A stretch of DNA of 48,194 nt, taken from IMG/VR virus record IMGVR_UViG_3300020045_007472, positions 1-48,194 of that record; one strand, 5' to 3'. The notes beneath the pieces were generated by a model. The model was not told the origin of the DNA and did not search any database. It was given only the letters and a program-made list of their open reading frames with translations. A program made the translations under genes and the position numbers. Shown piece after piece: positions 8,186 through 14,976 of the stretch; within the stretch, counting starts at the first letter, position 1, and each line of letters opens with the position of its first letter. The DNA comes from a virus. Its lineage: Duplodnaviria; Caudoviricetes.

Positions 8186-8343
8186 TGGACCTTAGCAACG
8201 CCAGCCCTGAAGCAATTTGTCGCGCTTTCGCCTACGCCTTGGTTCGCGAGCACGGCGACGATGCCTCTCGTCTTGCCGATATTGTAGTGGCGGAGGTGCA
8301 AAAAGAAATGAGAGCCATCGCCCTGGAAAGGACTAAGCCATGA
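8185..8343 (+). CDS. Hypothetical protein, 52 aa (MDLSNASPEA...)
   Basis: TGATG and ATGA couplings fill the gap exactly. Confidence 0.5.
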   Translation: MDLSNASPEAICRAFAYALVREHGDDASRLADIVVAEVQKEMRAIALERTKP

Positions 8344-8834
8344 CCAACTACATCGGCTGGACGCCGCCGCCAGGCGTCGGAGTTGTCGCGCCCCCCGTCC
8401 ATTTCGAGACGATTGTGGATGTGATCTACAGCGACGGCTTGTTTAGCGGCGGAACCAAGGGGCTTCCCGGTGAACGTGCTGGCGACCTGAACTGGTCCGC
8501 CGTTGGCGACGGCCCGGCCATTGTCGCCTATGCGATTGTGGAGGAATACAAGCCCGCGCCGGAGTTGCGGGAGTGGTTCGCGCTTATCCGCTACGGGTCT
8601 CTTGTCGCTTCGTCGCAAAGCCGGGAGGACTTCTGCCAGATCAAGGACGGCGAAGAAATCATCCACGTCCGAGAGGTTCTGCCCGCCGCGCGTGAGGTGG
8701 TCGCGTGGGCGGTGGTGGGCGTTGACGGCAAGCCCTTTGCGCTTTGGATATCAGAGGACGCAGCCGGAGGTTTTGTCGCGGAGCAAGGCGGCGGCACGGT
8801 GGTCAGGCTGTCGGGGGTGATGCCAAATGAGTGA
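8340..8834 (+). CDS. Hypothetical protein, 164 aa
   Basis: AAGGA RBS; coupled ORF. Confidence 0.7.
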   Translation: MTNYIGWTPPPGVGVVAPPVHFETIVDVIYSDGLFSGGTKGLPGERAGDLNWSAVGDGPAIVAYAIVEEYKPAPELREWFALIRYGSLVASSQSREDFCQIKDGEEIIHVREVLPAAREVVAWAVVGVDGKPFALWISEDAAGGFVAEQGGGTVVRLSGVMPNE

Positions 8835-9033
8835 CATTTGGGCGGACATAGACGTTCGCATAACCGATCAGCGGATCGGTATGGGGGTCGGCGGCATCAA
8901 CACCATCATGCGCGTCCAACACATCCCGACCGGGATTGTCGTGGAGGTGCCCAGCCAAGGGCGCAGCCCGCACAAAGTGCGCGAAGTCGCCAAGACGATG
9001 ATTGAGTTTGCCGTTATGGAGTTTGGCCCATGA
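8827..9033 (+). CDS. Peptide-chain-release-factor (RF-1 family) domain-like mini-protein lacking GGQ
   Basis: MRVQHIPTGIVVEVPSQGRSPHKVREVA resembles the RF1/RF2 segment VRITH(I/L)PTGIVV.CQ.ERSQHKNK..A. Confidence 0.7.
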   Translation: MSDIWADIDVRITDQRIGMGVGGINTIMRVQHIPTGIVVEVPSQGRSPHKVREVAKTMIEFAVMEFGP

Positions 9034-9117
9034 TCCGCCTCGCACTGTTGCACACGTGCATCTTGGCCCCGACTGCGTGGGCGGTGAAGCGGCTTATCAT
9101 GAATGGAGGAGGTTGAG

Positions 9118-9324
9118 ATGAAATACGCTGTCAGGGTTAAGGGCCGCGCAAATGACTGGCTTGCATTTGTGCCCGAAGCCTCAGTTGAGGAAATGCGTGC
9201 CGATGGAATTGATGTCATGGAAGCGCACAACACAATTCCTGACTGGATACCATCTTGGGCGGTTGCGCCGTGGTGCGCGATGCAAGACCTTTGGAACGCT
9301 CCGTCTAGATGGGGGCGCAAATGA
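9118..9324 (+). CDS. Hypothetical Trp-rich protein, 68 aa
   Basis: GGAGGAGG RBS before the ATG at 9118. Confidence 0.65.
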   Translation: MKYAVRVKGRANDWLAFVPEASVEEMRADGIDVMEAHNTIPDWIPSWAVAPWCAMQDLWNAPSRWGRK

Positions 9325-9360
9325 ACCGCCGCACCCCGGCCCCCGCAGAGGAGAAGAAGG

Positions 9361-9576
9361 ATGAGCATCGTGACGCCGCATAACTGGAAAGTGTCCCCGT
9401 ATGGTCACGGCGAATGGGCCTGCACATATTGCTTGGCAACCAATCGTGAGATTGCCGTAATCGGCGACCCAAACCATTGCCCTGACGCGCATAAGGTGCT
9501 GTTTCCTGAGACCGCCGCCCTCCAGTCTGCCGCGGTAGCCGCCCGCGCCGCCCTCAAAGGATACACCCATGACTGA
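9361..9576 (+). CDS. Hypothetical protein, 71 aa (CxxC...HC)
   Basis: GAGGAG RBS; ends in the ARAALKG motif. Confidence 0.65.
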   Translation: MSIVTPHNWKVSPYGHGEWACTYCLATNREIAVIGDPNHCPDAHKVLFPETAALQSAAVAARAALKGYTHD

Positions 9577-10099
9577 CACATCACCGGAGAACGTGGCGCG
9601 GGATGCCCACGAACCTGATTACAAGGCAGCGATGCTTTATCACAGCGACCGTGCAGACGGTTACATGGCCGAACGTGACGCCCTATCCGCCCGCATCGCC
9701 GACCTGGAGCGGCAGCTTGCCGAGGCGCGCACCGACGCCGAGCAGGCCGTGGCGCAGGCGTATCAGCGGGCGTGTGAGCCTGTCGAGGCTAACTTTCCCG
9801 GCACCCTGTATGCGTCCAATCGCACCAAGACGATTGCCGCCATCCTCGCGCTTGCCCCCGCCGATGTGCTGGCAGAGGTGAAGGAATGGAAGCACCTCGC
9901 TATCGCTGGCAACCTGATCGCGCTGGAAATGCGGCAGACCGAGGCCCGCGCAGAAGCCGCCGAGGCAGAGGTGGAACGGCTGACCAGGGTGCTTGACGAT
10001 ATTCAATGCGGGCGCGGTATGTTCGGCCTTGATGCTGCGGTTGATCTGGATTGGGCCGTCAACCTCGCCCGCGCCGCCCTCAAGGGAGACACGCCATGA
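9569..10099 (+). CDS. Coiled-coil accessory protein, 176 aa
   Basis: RIADLERQLAEA and RAEAAEAEVERL heptads; ends in ARAALKG. Confidence 0.75.
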   Translation: MTDTSPENVARDAHEPDYKAAMLYHSDRADGYMAERDALSARIADLERQLAEARTDAEQAVAQAYQRACEPVEANFPGTLYASNRTKTIAAILALAPADVLAEVKEWKHLAIAGNLIALEMRQTEARAEAAEAEVERLTRVLDDIQCGRGMFGLDAAVDLDWAVNLARAALKGDTP

Positions 10100-10305
10100 C
10101 CGAAGTCGAGATTGAAGCCGTAGCCCGCCTGTATTGCCGGAAGCTTGGGCTGGACCCCGATACTGTCGTGTTTTCGAGCGGCGGCGCTTGGATACCCAGA
10201 GGCGCGCTCATGTGGCGCATAAAATCTCGCCAAGTCCGCGAAGCCATCGCCATGACCGACGCCATCGCCGAGGTGCGGGCTACTGTGACGGAGGACGGGG
10301 CGTGA
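10096..10305 (+). CDS. Hypothetical protein, 69 aa (MTEVEIEAVAR...)
   Basis: GGGAG RBS; ATGA coupling. Confidence 0.6.
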   Translation: MTEVEIEAVARLYCRKLGLDPDTVVFSSGGAWIPRGALMWRIKSRQVREAIAMTDAIAEVRATVTEDGA

Positions 10306-10496
10306 GCGACCCTACCCCAGTCCCCGTTACCATCCGCGGCACCACCTACCCCTCTCAAGCAGCAGCCGCTCGCGCCCTCGGCATCTCTGTCCAAGCCGTC
10401 CACGACGCTCTCAACCGAGGCCGCATCGACTACGCGGGCCTAGGCCGTAACTGGTGGCATAGTCGCCCCGACCCGAACGCCAAGCCGGAGCCCTGA
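10302..10496 (+). CDS. Small NUMOD1/HTH-like DNA-binding protein, 64 aa
   Basis: GTG start with GGAGG RBS; IRGTTYPSQAAAARALGISVQAV motif. Confidence 0.7.
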   Translation: MSDPTPVPVTIRGTTYPSQAAAARALGISVQAVHDALNRGRIDYAGLGRNWWHSRPDPNAKPEP

Positions 10497-10574
10497 TATG
10501 GCTGCTTGCACTATGTAATCATCCATACCAAACTGCGCTACCCTCTTGACATCCCCCGCGCCATAGTCTAATGT
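10496..10574 (+). promoter_or_regulatory. 33-bp palindromic operator (10496-10528) followed by a sigma70 promoter
   Basis: ATATGG-CTGC-TTGCA-CTA-TGTAA-TCAT-CCATAC; TTGACA at 10546-10551, 17-bp spacer, TAATGT. Confidence 0.7.
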
Positions 10575-10643
10575 AATCCCACGGCCCCCGCGCCATCCAC
10601 CCGTTTCCCCCGCGCCATCCCGCGCATAACCCAAGGAGCTACA

Positions 10644-11183
10644 ATGTCCACGAAAGAGATCACCATCGCCGGTCAAACCTTCACGGTCCTCCAACCCTAC
10701 GCCGCAGGCCACGCGATCACCGAAGCGGAAGCCAAGGCCCTGAACCAGGTTCGCGCTGAGAACGTCCGCAACAACATGGCGAGCAAGGTAAAGGCCGCTG
10801 TCGAGGGCACAGCGAAAGAAGGCGAGCCGACCGCTGACACCATCGCCGCCGCTGTCGCAGCCTATGACGCCGCCTACATCTTCAACCTCGCTTCCGTCGG
10901 TGGCGGTAAGCGTCCGACCGATCCGGTCGAGGTCGAAGCACTCCGCATCGCCCGCGATCAGTTCGCCACCTTCGCCGCTTCCAAAAAGCTCACCGTCAAG
11001 GCGATCAAGGAAGCCAAGGGCGAAGACTGGTACCTCGAGAAGATCGCTGCGCTCGCCGAGCGTGATGATGTTGTCAAGGAGGCCAAGCGTCGGGTCAAGG
11101 CTCGCGAAGCTTCCGCTGAAAGCGCACTGGAGGGCCTGGACCTCGACGGCATCGCGCCGGTCGAAGCCGAGCCTGCGCACTAA
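10644..11183 (+). CDS. Ala/Lys/Glu-rich hypothetical protein, 179 aa, probably highly expressed and nucleic-acid-binding
   Basis: AAGGAG RBS, own promoter, downstream hairpin, strongly biased codons. Confidence 0.85.
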   Translation: MSTKEITIAGQTFTVLQPYAAGHAITEAEAKALNQVRAENVRNNMASKVKAAVEGTAKEGEPTADTIAAAVAAYDAAYIFNLASVGGGKRPTDPVEVEALRIARDQFATFAASKKLTVKAIKEAKGEDWYLEKIAALAERDDVVKEAKRRVKAREASAESALEGLDLDGIAPVEAEPAH

Positions 11184-11195
11184 CGAAGTATGGTT

Positions 11196-11224
11196 GGGGG
11201 CTTCGGCCCCCTTCCAGCCCTTCT
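11196..11224 (+). terminator. Hairpin GGGGGC-TTCG-GCCCCC (terminator or processing site)
   Basis: 6-bp GC stem with UUCG tetraloop and pyrimidine-rich tail. Confidence 0.55.
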
Positions 11225-11226
11225 AT

Positions 11227-11314
11227 GGTAGGTAGCCACGTCAACCCCCCTCACTTCCTCCCTGTTGTGACTGGCGTGCCCGCGGCGATTGGACTCCCCG
11301 CATTGCTACCTACC
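11227..11314 (+). ncRNA. Candidate structured RNA (three-way junction) with two anti-Shine-Dalgarno loops
   Basis: P1 GGTAGGTAGC/GCTACCTACC, P2 CACGTCA/TGGCGTG, P3 TCAC/GTGA with loop TTCCTCCCTGTT, P4 GCGG/CCGC with loop CGATTGGACTCC. Confidence 0.55.
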
Positions 11315-11331
11315 TTAAAAGGACTGGACCC

Positions 11332-11565
11332 ATGAACATGATGCCAAGCCCCGACCTAACCCACCTCCTCTTCCTCGCCAATGAGGCGGAGATCGGCATC
11401 GCTGTCATCACGAACAACCCGACCTTGCTACGCAACAAACTCTACGCAGAACGTAAGCGCTGCGGCCTGACCAACCTGACCTTCATCCAGCCCCCCACCG
11501 AGAGCGAGTCCCGCTTGTGGATCATCAAGAAAGAGGCCAAGGCACATGGCGCGACAGAAGACTGA
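11332..11565 (+). CDS. Hypothetical protein, 77 aa
   Basis: AAGGA RBS and typical codon usage. Confidence 0.75.
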   Translation: MNMMPSPDLTHLLFLANEAEIGIAVITNNPTLLRNKLYAERKRCGLTNLTFIQPPTESESRLWIIKKEAKAHGATED

Positions 11566-11737
11566 AGAGCTGAAGAAGCACACGCTTAACCTCCGCGAGG
11601 GTGACATGGAAGCCCTTGCCGAACTCTTCCCCAAGTTCCACCCCTCCGTCATGGTTCGCCGGATCGTCAGCAAATTCGTCGATCAGGTTAGCCACGTTCC
11701 AGAGGAAGACCTCGACCTCCCGCACATCGACCTTTAA
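11546..11737 (+). CDS. Possible ribbon-helix-helix DNA-binding protein, 63 aa
   Basis: KKHTLNLRE strand followed by two amphipathic helices (..SVMVRRIVSKFVD). Confidence 0.55.
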   Translation: MARQKTEELKKHTLNLREGDMEALAELFPKFHPSVMVRRIVSKFVDQVSHVPEEDLDLPHIDL

Positions 11738-11751
11738 CCCGGAGTCCAATC

Positions 11752-11988
11752 ATGTCCGACACCAGTCCGATCGCGGAGCTTATGGCCCGCGACCCACTCC
11801 AGCTTTCCAAGCAAGACCTCGACGCGATCATCGCCGACCTTCGGCAGTCGCGTGCCCGCTTTGTTCTAGCGGACGACAAAAAGATCGGGACTCCTGCTGC
11901 GCGTAAATCTGCCGCCCAGGTGAAGCGCGAGCACATGTCCAAAGTCCTCGATCAAGGCGCGATCGAAGACATGTTTAAGGACCTGTGA
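11752..11988 (+). CDS. Hypothetical protein, 78 aa, with acidic tail IEDMFKDL
   Basis: GGAGTCCAATC RBS. Confidence 0.8.
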   Translation: MSDTSPIAELMARDPLQLSKQDLDAIIADLRQSRARFVLADDKKIGTPAARKSAAQVKREHMSKVLDQGAIEDMFKDL

Positions 11989-12185
11989 TCATGGCTCCAT
12001 ATCGTTATGAAGTTTGGGAGATCGTTGACGGGGACAACCCCAGCCACAAGTATAAATTCCGCATCATAGAGTATTTCGCCGTATGTGACGGCGGGATGCG
12101 AGCACGTATCACCGATAAAAGCTATACTACTCTGCATGAAGCCAAGATAGAGCGCCAACGCCTTGAGGGAGGACAATCTCTATGA
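11985..12185 (+). CDS. Hypothetical protein, about 65 aa
   Basis: Coupled to both neighbours; lower GC than flanks. Confidence 0.55.
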   Translation: MIMAPYRYEVWEIVDGDNPSHKYKFRIIEYFAVCDGGMRARITDKSYTTLHEAKIERQRLEGGQSL

Positions 12186-13096
12186 CAACCCTTCTCTCCT
12201 TCGACGAGACCGGCTTCCAGTTCGCCTGGGACAGCACCAGCCTCAGCAGCTTCGTAACCTGCCCACGCAAATACTACTACTCCATCCTTCAGGGTTGGAC
12301 CTCGGAACTCCGCTCCGTTCACCTGATTTTCGGCGGGCACTACGCCACCGCTCTCGAGCACTATCACAAGCATCGCGCCTCTGGCATGGAGCACGACGAG
12401 GCCTTGCACTCTGTTGTTCTCGAGGCTCTCATCGCCACTTGGGACAGCGAAGCTGGCAAGCCCCAAGACTGGCTCCACACCTCGAAGACCCGCGACACTC
12501 TCATCCGCTCCATCGTTTGGTACCTTGAGGAGTTCCGTGAGGACCCGATGAAAACCGTCATCCTTTCGGACGGTCGTGCCGCTGTCGAGTACTCCTTCTC
12601 CATCGACCTCACCGACGAGTACGTTTATTGCGGCCACATCGACCGCCTCGTTACCTACGGAGACGGTGACGACATCTACGTCCAGGACCAGAAGACCACG
12701 GGCTCCCAGATCACCCCCCGTTTCTTCGAGGGCTACTCACCCGATTACCAGATGACCGGGTATACCTGGGCCGGACAGATCATCTTCAAGATGCCTGTCC
12801 AAGGCGTTGTCATAGACGCTGCCTACATCGCCGTTGGCTTCACCGCCTTCGGCAGGCAACCAGTGACGCGCAGCGCCCGCCAGCTCGAAGAGTTCCGCGA
12901 AGAGGTCCTTCACTACATCAGCCTCGCCAAGCAGTGCCACGAGACCGGCTACTATCCCATGAACCGTACAGCCTGCGGCAACTATGGCGGCTGCGAGTTC
13001 CGTCGGGTTTGTTCCGCCGTTCCCGGCATCCGCAACAACCTACTCCAGGGCAGCTTCAAGAAGCGGGATCGCTGGGACCCGTTGGCGAGGCGCTAA
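12182..13096 (+). CDS. PD-(D/E)XK exonuclease, Cas4/AddB-like with a probable Fe-S cluster
   Basis: TCPRKYY, GHIDRL...DQKTT and YQMTGY motifs; C-terminal ACGNYGGCEFRRVC. Confidence 0.9.
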   Translation: MTTLLSFDETGFQFAWDSTSLSSFVTCPRKYYYSILQGWTSELRSVHLIFGGHYATALEHYHKHRASGMEHDEALHSVVLEALIATWDSEAGKPQDWLHTSKTRDTLIRSIVWYLEEFREDPMKTVILSDGRAAVEYSFSIDLTDEYVYCGHIDRLVTYGDGDDIYVQDQKTTGSQITPRFFEGYSPDYQMTGYTWAGQIIFKMPVQGVVIDAAYIAVGFTAFGRQPVTRSARQLEEFREEVLHYISLAKQCHETGYYPMNRTACGNYGGCEFRRVCSAVPGIRNNLLQGSFKKRDRWDPLARR

Positions 13097-13097
13097 C

Positions 13098-13280
13098 ATG
13101 TACGGCAAACCGCACCTCGACACGAACGCTCACGTTGTCGCTGCCTCTCGCACCATCCGCTCGATGGACGAGGTTGCTTCCGACCCCAACCTAACCAACC
13201 AGCAACGCCTGCTTGCTCGCCAGTGCCGTGACCTAGCGGCTTCCCTCTTCCGCACTTTCAAGGAGCCCCGCAATGGCTAA
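13098..13280 (+). CDS. Hypothetical protein, 60 aa (MYGKPHLDT...)
   Basis: GAGG RBS; fills the gap between the nuclease and ATPase genes. Confidence 0.55.
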   Translation: MYGKPHLDTNAHVVAASRTIRSMDEVASDPNLTNQQRLLARQCRDLAASLFRTFKEPRNG

Positions 13281-14097
13281 AGCTTCCGAACGCGACGCTG
13301 ACGCAACTTCCGTCCGCGCCCTCTACATCGGCGACAGCGGCTCGGGTAAAACCGGCTCGCTCATCTCCCTGCTGCAGGCGGGCTACAAAATCAAGATGCT
13401 AGACATGGACAACAATTCTGACAGCCTTGTCCAGCTCTGCCGCCACCACGACCCCAAGCTCCTCGACAACCTCGACATCATCAGTGTCCGGGACAAATTC
13501 CGCGCCAGCCAAATGACTGGTCTCGAGGTCGCCGGTCAGCCACGCGCCTGGGTCGATGCCCTCAAGTACCTCAACAAATGGGACGACGGAACTTCGCTGC
13601 AGGAGTGGGACGACAAGACCATCTTCGTCCTCGACACCCTCACGTCAGCGGGTCGCGCCGCTTTCCATTGGGCCAAGGGGATGAACCCCAACTCCAAGGA
13701 CCCGAGGCAGTGGTACGCTGCGGGACAGGACAGCCTGAAAACTTTGCTCGAACTCCTGACCTCGCCCGACTTCAAGTGCCACATTCTCGTCGTCTCCCAC
13801 ATCGACCTCATCGAGCGAGACGACGGCACAACCAAGGGCTATGCCTCCTCGCTCGGCAAAGCCCTCGGCCCCCAGATCGCCAAGGTCTTCCCGACCCTCA
13901 TCATGGCGGAAACCAAGGGCACCGGCTCCGCCCTCCGTCGCACCATCACCACCCGGCCCACTCACCTAGTGGACCTCAAAAACCCCGTCCCATTCAAGAT
14001 GGACGAACGCTATCCCCTTGAGACAGGTATGGCTACCATCTTCTCCATCCTCCTCGGAGGCTCAGGTTCAGCGGCGCCTGCTCCCAAAGCCGCCTGA
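13273..14097 (+). CDS. AAA_24/Sak4-like P-loop ATPase (recombinase)
   Basis: GDSGSGKT Walker A, IFVLDTLT Walker B, VVSH motif; lies between the exonuclease and SSB-like genes. Confidence 0.85.
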   Translation: MAKASERDADATSVRALYIGDSGSGKTGSLISLLQAGYKIKMLDMDNNSDSLVQLCRHHDPKLLDNLDIISVRDKFRASQMTGLEVAGQPRAWVDALKYLNKWDDGTSLQEWDDKTIFVLDTLTSAGRAAFHWAKGMNPNSKDPRQWYAAGQDSLKTLLELLTSPDFKCHILVVSHIDLIERDDGTTKGYASSLGKALGPQIAKVFPTLIMAETKGTGSALRRTITTRPTHLVDLKNPVPFKMDERYPLETGMATIFSILLGGSGSAAPAPKAA

Positions 14098-14129
14098 CAA
14101 CCATCATCATCAACCAAGGAGACTACCCC

Positions 14130-14600
14130 GTGGATTTCATGGACGCACTCAACACCAAAGCTGCCGACATCGAGAAACCCAAGCTGATGCCGGTCGGCAC
14201 CTACGTCTGGGCGGTGAACAAGCCGCACAAAGAGTCCACCTCCAGGGACGGCAAGTGGTTCACCATCGAGGTTCCCTGTGTCCCGAAGATGCCCTACGAC
14301 GCCGCCGAGGATGTGAACGCCGATGACTTGCAGGAGTTCGGCAACCTCGCTTCCGCTATCAACAGCATCCGCTTCATGCTGGACACCCAGGGCGGCGCGA
14401 ACGATCTGGAAAAATTCCAGTACAACCTCAAGCGGTTCCTGATCGACACCCTCCGCGTCGAGGGCGATGCCGACAGCACCCTCAAGGAGCTCCTCGGCAA
14501 GGCCGTGGGCGCTGAGTTCGTGGCCCAGGCCGCTCATCGCCACGTTCCAGAGCGTGACGAGACCTACGTCGATGTCAAGAACTGGGCACCGATGGACTGA
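14130..14600 (+). CDS. Putative single-stranded DNA-binding protein (DUF669-like)
   Basis: KPKLMPVGTY motif, beta-rich, directly downstream of the Sak4-like gene; AAGGAG RBS. Confidence 0.65.
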   Translation: MDFMDALNTKAADIEKPKLMPVGTYVWAVNKPHKESTSRDGKWFTIEVPCVPKMPYDAAEDVNADDLQEFGNLASAINSIRFMLDTQGGANDLEKFQYNLKRFLIDTLRVEGDADSTLKELLGKAVGAEFVAQAAHRHVPERDETYVDVKNWAPMD

Positions 14601-14614
14601 GCGAAAGCTTAGCT

Positions 14615-14647
14615 AGGGCGGGGGAGCGATCCCCCGTCTTCTCTCCT
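14615..14647 (+). terminator. Putative terminator hairpin
   Basis: AGGGCGGGGGA-GCGA-TCCCCCGTCTT followed by pyrimidines. Confidence 0.6.
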
Positions 14648-14666
14648 CCAGCACAAGGAACCAGTC

Positions 14667-14966
14667 ATGTACACTGAAGGCGCCCCCTCCACACAAGTAG
14701 AACTTTCTTCTAACCTCTACGAAATCCGCAACCGGCTTAACAGCTATACGGAAATCATTCGCTCTCAGACCTATCGCTTGAACCGCAAGAACGAGCAGCT
14801 TATCCATGTAGCTGAGTCATCTTCAAAGGGGCCCGGCAAACTCTTGTCCGCCGACTCCATCGCTCGTCGTGACCCATTAATCAGCGAGCTTAACGCCGCT
14901 GCGGTGGACCTCGAGTACGCTATCGAACAACTCAGCGCCGCCATCTCCATCACCGAAACCATCTGA
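14667..14966 (+). CDS. Hypothetical helical protein, 99 aa
   Basis: AAGGA RBS. Confidence 0.65.
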   Translation: MYTEGAPSTQVELSSNLYEIRNRLNSYTEIIRSQTYRLNRKNEQLIHVAESSSKGPGKLLSADSIARRDPLISELNAAAVDLEYAIEQLSAAISITETI

Positions 14967-14976
14967 GGTAGCCCCC

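Noticed and set aside
11227-11314. tRNA gene
   Set aside because: The multi-stem fold lacks the T-loop GTTC motif, D-loop GG and a 7-nt anticodon loop.
12182-13096. CRISPR-Cas system or mini-array linked to the Cas4-like gene
   Set aside because: No repeat-spacer array or other cas genes; the context is the usual exonuclease-Sak4-SSB recombination module.
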